From NCBI GenBank assembly GCA_009691385.1, contig SICQ01000001.1, positions 1 through 61,836 on the forward strand: a stretch of DNA of 61,836 nt. The letters run 5' to 3'. This document shows positions 1 through 6,684 of the stretch, in pieces (the stretch's first letter is position 1; each line of letters begins with the position of its first letter). The notes beneath the pieces are model-generated. The model was not told the DNA's origin, did not search any database, and was given only the letters and a program-made list of their open reading frames with translations. Source of the stretch: Candidatus Ryanbacteria bacterium. GTDB lineage: Bacteria > Patescibacteriota > Minisyncoccia > Ryanbacterales > GWA2-47-10b. Both the position numbers and the translations under genes were made by a program.

Positions 1-273
1 ATTTGCCCTGTGGGCTATTGGCACGGCTATCCGCGAGTGCTCTCGAGTGTTGGGTATTTTATTGTCCGTGGCAAACAGGCCAAGATTTTGGGCCGCATCT
101 CGATGGATATGATTATCATTGATGTGACTGATATCAAGGGCGCTGTGGTGGGTGATGAGGCTACGGTTATCGGGGAAGGTATCACCGCAGACGCACTCGC
201 ATACCTTGCTGATACTTCAAATTATGAGATTGTCACACGCATCAATCCGCTTATTAAAAGAATATATAAATAA
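1..273 (+). CDS. alr: alanine racemase, C-terminal fragment (5' end outside window)
   Basis: Frame-1 ORF is open to the window edge. GYWHGYPR...GRISMDMIIIDVT...YEIVTRINP matches the conserved C-terminal domain of alanine racemase. The GTG at 10 is internal, not a start. Confidence 0.85.
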   Translation: MCPVGYWHGYPRVLSSVGYFIVRGKQAKILGRISMDMIIIDVTDIKGAVVGDEATVIGEGITADALAYLADTSNYEIVTRINPLIKRIYK

Positions 274-582
274 ATGGCCGCTCCAAAATTTCAACGCAAG
301 ATTGAAGATTTTGTATGTGAGCGGTGCGGCACGCGAGTTGCAGGTAACGGCTATACCAATCACTGCCCCAAGTGCCTCTGGTCAAAACATGTAGATGTTA
401 ACCCGGGTGATAGGAGTGCCGTATGCAAGGGATTGATGGAGCCCGTGGGCGTTGAAGAAAAAAGTAGTAAGTACAATATCGTATATCACTGCCGCATGTG
501 TGGTAAAACAATCAAAAACAAAGTCGCGCCTGAAGATGATATGGAAATGATCGCCCGACTGGGCGGTAAGGCTACAAAATAA
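274..582 (+). CDS. RNHCP-domain zinc-ribbon protein
   Basis: FVCERCG...GYTNHCPKCLWSKHVD plus a second Cys pair (HCRMCG) fits the RNHCP family signature. The ATG abuts the alr stop. Confidence 0.75.
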   Translation: MAAPKFQRKIEDFVCERCGTRVAGNGYTNHCPKCLWSKHVDVNPGDRSAVCKGLMEPVGVEEKSSKYNIVYHCRMCGKTIKNKVAPEDDMEMIARLGGKATK

Positions 583-586
583 CACT

Positions 587-874
587 ATGAGCATCGAAAC
601 ACTACTGCAAAAAAAATCCGAAGACGCCGTAAAACCGCAGATTTTTGATTTGTCGATTGATGCTGACAGGGTAGCGGTAGAAGATCTACTCAAATCGGGC
701 AAGACCAAGCAGGCTAGTGACAGTTTTGAAGTACGCACCACACACAACAAAAAAGACCTCCGCCCGCACATTGCCTTACGCTCTTACCAAGACGAAAAAT
801 ACTTCAAATTAGGCACAAAGCCCAAATATATCGCCGCCGATTCGCAGGCAAAGGTGCCAGTGTTGGTAAAATAA
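587..874 (+). CDS. hypothetical protein (95 aa)
   Basis: The ORF starts 5 nt after the previous stop and has core-like composition. No family recognised. Confidence 0.5.
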   Translation: MSIETLLQKKSEDAVKPQIFDLSIDADRVAVEDLLKSGKTKQASDSFEVRTTHNKKDLRPHIALRSYQDEKYFKLGTKPKYIAADSQAKVPVLVK

Positions 875-915
875 GAATCATTGCTATTTAGGTATTGTTG
901 TGGCATAGTTCTGCC

Positions 916-1551
916 ATGCAGAAAAGAATCATCTGGCAGGGCATAGCAGCGCTTCTCGTCGTCGTGGCGGGAGGTTTTTATGTGTATACAAATAAGGTGC
1001 CTGCGGTAGACTCAAATCCGCCGGTACAGCCGCCTCCACCTAGCCAAGAGCCAATTGTCATCGACATAAAAAATACAAAATGGGTTACATATGATTCAAA
1101 AGAAGATGGCTTAAAAACGCCTTTTACCTTTCAGTACCCACCAAGGTGGGAAACTTTAGGTGCTATTGGCGGGTATGCTCACGCCGGTGGAGAATTTAAA
1201 GACTATGACAAGACATTGTCGCTTTGGAGAACATTGCCGGACACAACTATTTTAGAGCCTACAGACTACCCAGGTATTGTGGCTGTATTTGATATATCTA
1301 TTGATGGTCGTAATTTATATGATCTAAGGCGTCATACAATAATTAGCGAAAACAAAAAAGAGATTCCTATCCTAGGTACGGTAGGATATAAGTACACACG
1401 CAAAACTATGGTTGGAGATAGTGAGCGTAAAGAGTTTTGGCTTGTCATACCTTCAATAAAGGACAATACTTTTACATTCTATATGAACCCAATATATTCT
1501 AACTCCGAAGAAGTTTTTGATTATATTGTTGAAAGTATACGGTTTCAGTAA
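916..1551 (+). CDS. hypothetical membrane-anchored or secreted protein
   Basis: ATG at 916 (an in-frame TTG at 895 is also possible). N-terminal hydrophobic helix IIWQGIAALLVVVAGGFYVY, then a Pro-rich linker PPVQPPPPSQEP and a beta-rich domain. No family recognised. Confidence 0.6.
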   Translation: MQKRIIWQGIAALLVVVAGGFYVYTNKVPAVDSNPPVQPPPPSQEPIVIDIKNTKWVTYDSKEDGLKTPFTFQYPPRWETLGAIGGYAHAGGEFKDYDKTLSLWRTLPDTTILEPTDYPGIVAVFDISIDGRNLYDLRRHTIISENKKEIPILGTVGYKYTRKTMVGDSERKEFWLVIPSIKDNTFTFYMNPIYSNSEEVFDYIVESIRFQ

Positions 1552-1573
1552 ATTTGAAAGTTAAAAGAAAAAG

Positions 1574-1597
1574 AGCGGAACCAGTGTTGGTTCCGCT
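1574..1597. terminator. bidirectional rho-independent terminator hairpin
   Basis: 9-bp stem AGCGGAACC/GGTTCCGCT with a 6-nt loop. A-rich before and TTGTGTTT after. It lies between convergent genes 916-1551(+) and 1700-3229(-). Confidence 0.6.
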
Positions 1598-1699
1598 TTG
1601 TGTTTATCGGCTAACGCGCTCGCGTCGCCGTGCTAGTAGTTTGATGAGAGATAGAATCCTGTCGGTGGTGTATAACTCAGACATCCCACACGAAACTCT

Positions 1700-3229
1700 T
1701 CAATCCCAAGTCCTTCGATGCGGACTCTGCGGATCGGTCGCTGTCGCGTCAAGCGAGCTACTGCCGTTGTACTTGATCTGGAAGTGGAGGTGGATGCCGG
1801 TACTGTATTTACCGGAGCTTCCCATGACGCCTAGTACTTGCCCTCGGTACAGATATGCGCCCGGGTGGATGCCAGTCGCAAAAGAGGCTAGATGTAGATA
1901 GTAGGTGGTATATCCAGTACCGTTGTATGGTGAGTCGTGATCAATCCTTACGTAGTTTCCGTTCCCACTGTCAACTATTTTCCCAACCTCAATCACTTGA
2001 CCGCTAGCTGCGGCAAGGACGGGAACATCGTTTTCCGCGTTACCGCCATTTTCTGAGGTGTTGGCCGAAAAATCCAGTGAGAAATAAGCTTCATTCGGGT
2101 AATGAAAAGGGTCTCCAGATCTACCACAATGTTCTTTGCCACCACTCTCAACCGTGAGATACCAGTTCTTTCCACCAGGTAGCGGCAACTTCATGTCGGG
2201 TGGAGAGTAGATTGCGCCGTTGGTGAACCGAACATCGTCGAAGTACACGCGTGGGCCTGAAGTGGCACTGCTATTCATGACCACAAAGCTCACGACCGTG
2301 GCATTGCTCGCGCCGAGATCCGCAAGCGGGATGCTGACTTCGTACCAACGATTGGCGGCGACTTGCGTGTAGGGTGGGAGGTAGTCGCGTAGGTTACGCG
2401 TTCCCAAGTTTTGTGTCGCTACCCAAGGAATCCATTGACCACGCAGCTGCACTTGTAAGTCTCGTAGACCCATCCAACCGTCATCTGCTTTGACTGAAAA
2501 CGAGATGAGGTTTGTGCCGCCGGTGCTAATGCCGTACGGATGGTACAGGTAGAGGCCGCTCCACGGCTGGTATCGCGCGAACGACGCCATTAGACAAAAC
2601 GGGTCACTCGCGCATCCACTTTTCCAGAAAAGGTCGGTTTGTGTCCACGACCAGTTTTGGAAGCCGGGAGCCGGACCTTCGCGGTAGATGGTGCCGGGCG
2701 CGTTGATGCCGAGATTCTCGATTTTGACATCATCGATATGCACGGCGGGATAGGACGGGTCTTTGTTCATGATGATGACGTCGGTGATGCTGACGTTGTG
2801 CGCGCCGAGCGATGTGAGCGGTATGATGACCTTGACCCACTGTGCTACTGGCAAGGTTTCTCCGCTCAAGAAGTTGTTGAGGTCCGCCCATCCGAGGACA
2901 GAGCCGGCATGTCGGAGCTGTACTTGAAGCCGAACACCGGTTTGCACTGGTGCTCGTATCCAAAATGTCAGCGCGTCATGCCCGTGTGTGTTGATGGGGC
3001 CGTAGGAGTGCAGGTCGAGGCCGCTCCATTGGCCGGTGTAGCTGACATAGAGGCCCTTGCCGGTATCGCCATGTCGAGCATTGGTGACTGACACGACTGA
3101 TGCCCATGACCAGTTGCCCCAGCCACTCGCGATATCGTCGGTGTAGATATCGATCGCGCGGGCGGAGCCGACCAGACCGAAGAGAACGGTGAAGATCACT
3201 ACTAGAACACGAATTGTGAAGGTACACAT
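1700..3229 (-). CDS. secreted M23 (LytM-type) metallopeptidase with two N-terminal beta-sandwich, carbohydrate-binding-like modules
   Basis: Signal peptide MCTFTIRVLVVIFTVLFGLVGSARA. Two ~150-aa modules are built on the same plan (GWGNWSW...DDVKIEN and GFQNWSW...DDVRFTN). The C-terminal M23 core has SLDFSA, YYLHLASF and GIHLHFQI. Confidence 0.85.
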   Translation of the reverse strand: MCTFTIRVLVVIFTVLFGLVGSARAIDIYTDDIASGWGNWSWASVVSVTNARHGDTGKGLYVSYTGQWSGLDLHSYGPINTHGHDALTFWIRAPVQTGVRLQVQLRHAGSVLGWADLNNFLSGETLPVAQWVKVIIPLTSLGAHNVSITDVIIMNKDPSYPAVHIDDVKIENLGINAPGTIYREGPAPGFQNWSWTQTDLFWKSGCASDPFCLMASFARYQPWSGLYLYHPYGISTGGTNLISFSVKADDGWMGLRDLQVQLRGQWIPWVATQNLGTRNLRDYLPPYTQVAANRWYEVSIPLADLGASNATVVSFVVMNSSATSGPRVYFDDVRFTNGAIYSPPDMKLPLPGGKNWYLTVESGGKEHCGRSGDPFHYPNEAYFSLDFSANTSENGGNAENDVPVLAAASGQVIEVGKIVDSGNGNYVRIDHDSPYNGTGYTTYYLHLASFATGIHPGAYLYRGQVLGVMGSSGKYSTGIHLHFQIKYNGSSSLDATATDPQSPHRRTWD

Positions 3230-3385
3230 CTCTAAACTCCTTGATTCGTCTACGAGAGAAGACTCTGTAGAGGGTTTTTAGGGTATCTAGTTTTAGCGTA
3301 GATTAGCGAGGTCGCACGGGTCAAGTCGGGGCATTGCCAGTATGATTTTATATATTTTTAAGCTTGACGCTTAATCGCATACGTG

Positions 3386-3415
3386 TTGGACGCAAGTTCT
3401 AATCTGGTGTATAGT
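3386..3415 (+). promoter_or_regulatory. sigma70-like promoter for the DUF397 gene
   Basis: TTGGAC (3386-3391), an 18-nt spacer, then TATAGT (3410-3415). It lies about 50 nt upstream of the AAGGAG Shine-Dalgarno site. Confidence 0.4.
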
Positions 3416-3468
3416 CATTTTTAGACAGAAGGTATGCACCTTCCACTAACCAGTTTAAGGAGTTGATC

Positions 3469-3693
3469 ATGAAGCAGTACCGTGAGTATCCAGAGCTGTT
3501 CAAGGACGAGGACTTCGCGGTTTCAAGTGCGACCAAGCCTGGTGGCATCATCAACTGCGTGGCCGTCGCCTACAAGGACGGGATCACCGCCGTACGAAGC
3601 ACCCGCGACGCCGGCAAGAGCACGCTCTACTTCGACAAGGGCGAGTGGGACGCGTTCCTCATCGGCGCAAGCAAGGGCGAGTTCAGCTTCTGA
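3469..3693 (+). CDS. DUF397-domain protein (actinobacterial type)
   Basis: NCVAVAYKDGITAVRSTRDAGKSTLYFDKGEWDAFLIGASKGEF follows the DUF397 consensus (C-V-E-V-A...V-R-D-S-K-D...F...EW.AF..G.K.GEF). AAGGAG sits 6 nt before the ATG at 3469. The sampled line 3541-3600 is 63% GC. Confidence 0.8.
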   Translation: MKQYREYPELFKDEDFAVSSATKPGGIINCVAVAYKDGITAVRSTRDAGKSTLYFDKGEWDAFLIGASKGEFSF

Positions 3694-3708
3694 GCTGCCG
3701 ACCTCCTA

Positions 3709-3741
3709 GGGAGGAGGCCTTCGCCTCCTCCCACATTTTTA
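3709..3741 (+). terminator. rho-independent terminator
   Basis: Perfect 10-bp stem GGGAGGAGGC/GCCTCCTCCC with loop CTTC, followed by ACATTTTTAT. Confidence 0.8.
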
Positions 3742-3748
3742 TATAACT

Positions 3749-4276
3749 ATGAAAAAAATTACTTATATTCAATTTGCTATTTATTTTGCCATGGGGCTTT
3801 TTACGCCTGCGTGGTTGAAAATTATTTTAGGGCAGGGTAATAGTTTAGAAACATTTGGATTGCTTTTTGGGCTCATGTCGCTTGGATCAATAGTATCGGC
3901 CTATCTTGTAGGGTGGGCCTGTGAAGGGAGAAACCCTTTGAAAATACTTTCATGGACGCTCGTTTTACAAGGATCGGTGATGCTTGCTTATTTAATACCC
4001 AACGCTCCACTCTATGTCTTGCAAGCTCTTTTCGGTGCCTTGGAAGCCTCTCTCGTAACACTACAACAGATACTGATAGCCCATTACTCAAACGGGGCTA
4101 CGGGGAAAATTGGAGTGCACAATAGTTTTGTACAGGCAGCTATAGGGTTCTCCATGATTGGTGGTGGATTTTTGGCGCTATGGATAGGCGCAAGCACCGT
4201 GATACTGTTTTCAGTGGCGATACTCTTTATAACTGCAATAGGGGTCAGAGTTTTACCACCATCTGTGGATAGATAA
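3749..4276 (+). CDS. MFS-type transporter, N-terminal six-helix half only (possible gene remnant)
   Basis: 175 aa with about 6 hydrophobic helices. The N-terminus IQFAIYFAMGLFTPAWLKIILGQGNSLETFGLLFG resembles the start of LacY-like MFS proteins, which are normally about 400 aa with 12 TM helices. Confidence 0.55.
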   Translation: MKKITYIQFAIYFAMGLFTPAWLKIILGQGNSLETFGLLFGLMSLGSIVSAYLVGWACEGRNPLKILSWTLVLQGSVMLAYLIPNAPLYVLQALFGALEASLVTLQQILIAHYSNGATGKIGVHNSFVQAAIGFSMIGGGFLALWIGASTVILFSVAILFITAIGVRVLPPSVDR

Positions 4277-4346
4277 GAGCAAAAGGGGCGACAGTGCGCC
4301 TTTTCTCCTGATAATCAAATCATAATTATGCCAAGATCTTATAAAA

Positions 4347-4376
4347 CCCCCTTTCGCGTTCTCTTGCGAAAGGGGG
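4347..4376 (-). terminator. rho-independent terminator of the 4396-4704 gene
   Basis: 11-bp stem CCCCCTTTCGC/GCGAAAGGGGG with an 8-nt loop. On the minus strand it is followed by TTTTAT. Confidence 0.75.
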
Positions 4377-4395
4377 TATAGAGTGTTTTTAGCGT

Positions 4396-4704
4396 TCACT
4401 GCAGCCAGTGCTGCCTAGCGTACACTTTAGATGCCTTGATCTCCATCAAGGTAGGACACCTCTGTGGCCGAGGTACTTCGTGTAGAAGATCGTCCTTCTT
4501 GTTTTTTGCGTAAACTCGTATTCCAGAGATATGCGGACCAAGGACACGAGTCAGCTTGCGGAAGGCATCTCGCGGGCACCGCGCTAGACGTGCGGTAGTG
4601 CGATGACCATCCGCCCTTACCACATGAGCTATTTTGGTGAGCGAAGTCAGAGAGCTAACGACCCGCAAGGTGTATGGCCTGAGTCCTTCAATCCATCTTT
4701 GCAT
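4396..4704 (-). CDS. small basic hypothetical protein (102 aa)
   Basis: The ATG at 4704 is preceded by AAAGGAGGG with a 6-7 nt spacing. The GTG at 4725 lies at or after the predicted transcription start. The gene has its own consensus promoter and terminator. The protein is Arg-rich and no family is recognised. The sampled line 4561-4620 is 65% GC. Confidence 0.6.
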   Translation of the reverse strand: MQRWIEGLRPYTLRVVSSLTSLTKIAHVVRADGHRTTARLARCPRDAFRKLTRVLGPHISGIRVYAKNKKDDLLHEVPRPQRCPTLMEIKASKVYARQHWLQ

Positions 4705-4729
4705 AAAGGACCCTCCTTTCTTCACTTAA

Positions 4730-4758
4730 ATTATACTATACTAATATTAATATATCAA
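4730..4758 (-). promoter_or_regulatory. near-consensus sigma70 promoter
   Basis: The minus strand reads TTGATA (4758-4753), a 17-nt spacer, then TATAAT (4735-4730). Confidence 0.6.
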
Positions 4759-4772
4759 GGCATTGATTAGTT

Positions 4773-5810
4773 ATGATAAAAGACATTGAAAAAATATTGC
4801 GTCAGTATTACCCAACGCATTGGTCAAAAAAAGATATCGAGTTTTTCCTCGGGAAAAGACATTTGGCGGTGCTTAGTAGGTCCGCGGATCAGGGACTCAA
4901 TCAGCCTATTAGGGATCTTCTTTTTAGGGGGGGGAAGCGAATTCGGCCAACACTGTTTCTTATGTTGCTTCAGGCTTTTGGTTTAAATTATAAAAAATAT
5001 TTACCTTATGCATATTTTCTTGAAAACATACACAACGGGACATTAGTTTTTGATGATATCGAAGACGGTTCAATGTTGCGAAGGGGCCACCCAACTTGTT
5101 ATTTGCGCTACGGTATAGATACAGCGGTGAATGTTGGTGCCGCAATGCATTTTATGCCCTTAGTTTTATTGCTCAAAAAAAATCAACTTATTACTACAAA
5201 ACAGCAGCTGCGTATCTATAAAATTTATAGCGAAGAGCTCATTAATCTACATTTTGGTCAGGCGGCGGATATTTATTGGCACAAAACACATCCCAATCAT
5301 ATCAACTTCAATGAGTATATAGAGATGACGCGTCTTAAAACTGGCTCTTTGATGCGTATGAGTGTTCGGCTTGCTTGCGCGGTTAGCAATCGAAGCGCTG
5401 AAGAGGAAAGAAAACTAGCTGAATTTGCCGAGCTTGCCGGTATTGCGTTTCAAATTAAAGACGATTTATTAGACTTGGAGGCGGTTGATAGAAAAAAATT
5501 CGGAAAATTACTCGGAAACGACATATCGGAAGGCAAGCTTAGCCTTCCTGTATTATTTGCTTTAAAAAAACTAAATAATCGTGATCGTAAAAAATTACAT
5601 AATATTTTAAAAATGCACACTTTGGAGAAAGGGGTAATTAATGATGCTATTATTCTTATCAAGAAAACCGATGCTATGCACCGAGCTCGTAAAATTGGTG
5701 ATCATTATCTAATAAAAAGTTTGGGACACCTGGCTCTAACGAGCATTCCTCTTAAAAAACAGGCAAAAGTAGTTGAGTTTATTAAATCTTTTATTGAACG
5801 AGACCGATAA
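4773..5810 (+). CDS. trans-polyprenyl diphosphate synthase (GGPP synthase-like)
   Basis: First Asp-rich motif FDDIEDGSMLRRG and second Asp-rich motif IKDDLLD. KTGSL and GNDISEGK are typical of the polyprenyl synthetase family. Confidence 0.9.
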   Translation: MIKDIEKILRQYYPTHWSKKDIEFFLGKRHLAVLSRSADQGLNQPIRDLLFRGGKRIRPTLFLMLLQAFGLNYKKYLPYAYFLENIHNGTLVFDDIEDGSMLRRGHPTCYLRYGIDTAVNVGAAMHFMPLVLLLKKNQLITTKQQLRIYKIYSEELINLHFGQAADIYWHKTHPNHINFNEYIEMTRLKTGSLMRMSVRLACAVSNRSAEEERKLAEFAELAGIAFQIKDDLLDLEAVDRKKFGKLLGNDISEGKLSLPVLFALKKLNNRDRKKLHNILKMHTLEKGVINDAIILIKKTDAMHRARKIGDHYLIKSLGHLALTSIPLKKQAKVVEFIKSFIERDR

Positions 5811-5818
5811 ATTCAGTC

Positions 5819-6661
5819 ATGCGATTACTCAGGTTTTTATTTATAGAATTTATATACAACGGCCATATGCAATCTTTGGGGGTCGCTTCTATTGTGTATG
5901 GTGCATCAAAATTATTTTTTTGGCAGCCCATTTTGTATCCCATTTTTGCTTCCTATCTACTCTTTCAGTTAGTTTATATTTTTGATCGTTACCACGATCT
6001 TAATGATGACTATTCTACTAATAAAACACGATCAGAGCATCTTTTAAGCTATGCTCAATATATCCCCATCATTTTTCTTATATATTTAATAGCACTTGTA
6101 GTTATACTTTGGCAGACTAGCCAAGTTCAAGGAATAATTTTTACCTTCTTCATCCTTTTCATGGGCATATTATATCCTATATTTTTTAAAAATCTTACAC
6201 GACATATTTTTCTTTTTAAAAATCTTTACGTATCATCAGTTTTCGGTCTCATGGCACTTTATGGAAATATTTATTTTTATATAGCACCAATTTCATATTC
6301 ATTTGCTATATTTGTCTTCCTTTATATCTTTCTTGAGACTATGATCATGCAATTTATGCTGGATTGCAAAGATACGGTAGTAGACGGATTAAAGAGTTTA
6401 AAGACGCTCCCAGTTAGATTTGGCGTAGAAAGAGCGGTAGCTATTATTTATGTTATTATTTTTATAAAAGCAACACTATATATTTTTCTAGCATATTCTA
6501 ATCTTACAGAAGGATTGCCCCAGTTTATCTACCTCATTGGCGCTACGACCCTTATCAATCTTGTAGCTATATATTTAATTGCCAAGAATAATTCAGTTGG
6601 TTATTTATTGAGTGCGGGGAAATTTCTTTTATGGAGTATAATTTTTAGTATTAAGATATAG
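5819..6661 (+). CDS. UbiA-superfamily prenyltransferase
   Basis: About 8-9 TM helices. Asp-rich motifs DRYHDLNDD and DCKDTVVDGLKSLKTLPVRFG (DxxDxxxD...TLP..fG). Very AT-rich (the line 6181-6240 is 20% GC). Confidence 0.8.
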   Translation: MRLLRFLFIEFIYNGHMQSLGVASIVYGASKLFFWQPILYPIFASYLLFQLVYIFDRYHDLNDDYSTNKTRSEHLLSYAQYIPIIFLIYLIALVVILWQTSQVQGIIFTFFILFMGILYPIFFKNLTRHIFLFKNLYVSSVFGLMALYGNIYFYIAPISYSFAIFVFLYIFLETMIMQFMLDCKDTVVDGLKSLKTLPVRFGVERAVAIIYVIIFIKATLYIFLAYSNLTEGLPQFIYLIGATTLINLVAIYLIAKNNSVGYLLSAGKFLLWSIIFSIKI

Positions 6662-6684
6662 TTTTAATATTCTTTACAGTTTTT

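Noticed and set aside
1554-1901. 115-aa plus-strand ORF
   Set aside because: It starts inside the terminator hairpin at 1574-1597 and overlaps, in antisense, the conserved M23 catalytic region of the 1700-3229 gene.
3482-3709. 75-aa alternative frame over the DUF397 gene
   Set aside because: Its Arg/Ser/Ala/Pro-rich content is typical of an off-frame read in GC-rich DNA. The other frame carries the DUF397 signature and the Shine-Dalgarno site.
4396-4725. Possible structured RNA gene (RNase P RNA, tmRNA or SRP RNA) instead of a protein
   Set aside because: I looked for the P4/CR-I GAGGAAAGUCC and CR-V ACAGAA..CGGCUUA pairing, a tRNA-like 3' end with a tag ORF, and the SRP GGAA/AGCA motifs. 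None is present. The AGGAGG just before an ATG fits a Shine-Dalgarno site better. An unknown RNA cannot be fully excluded; see the finding for 4347-4758.
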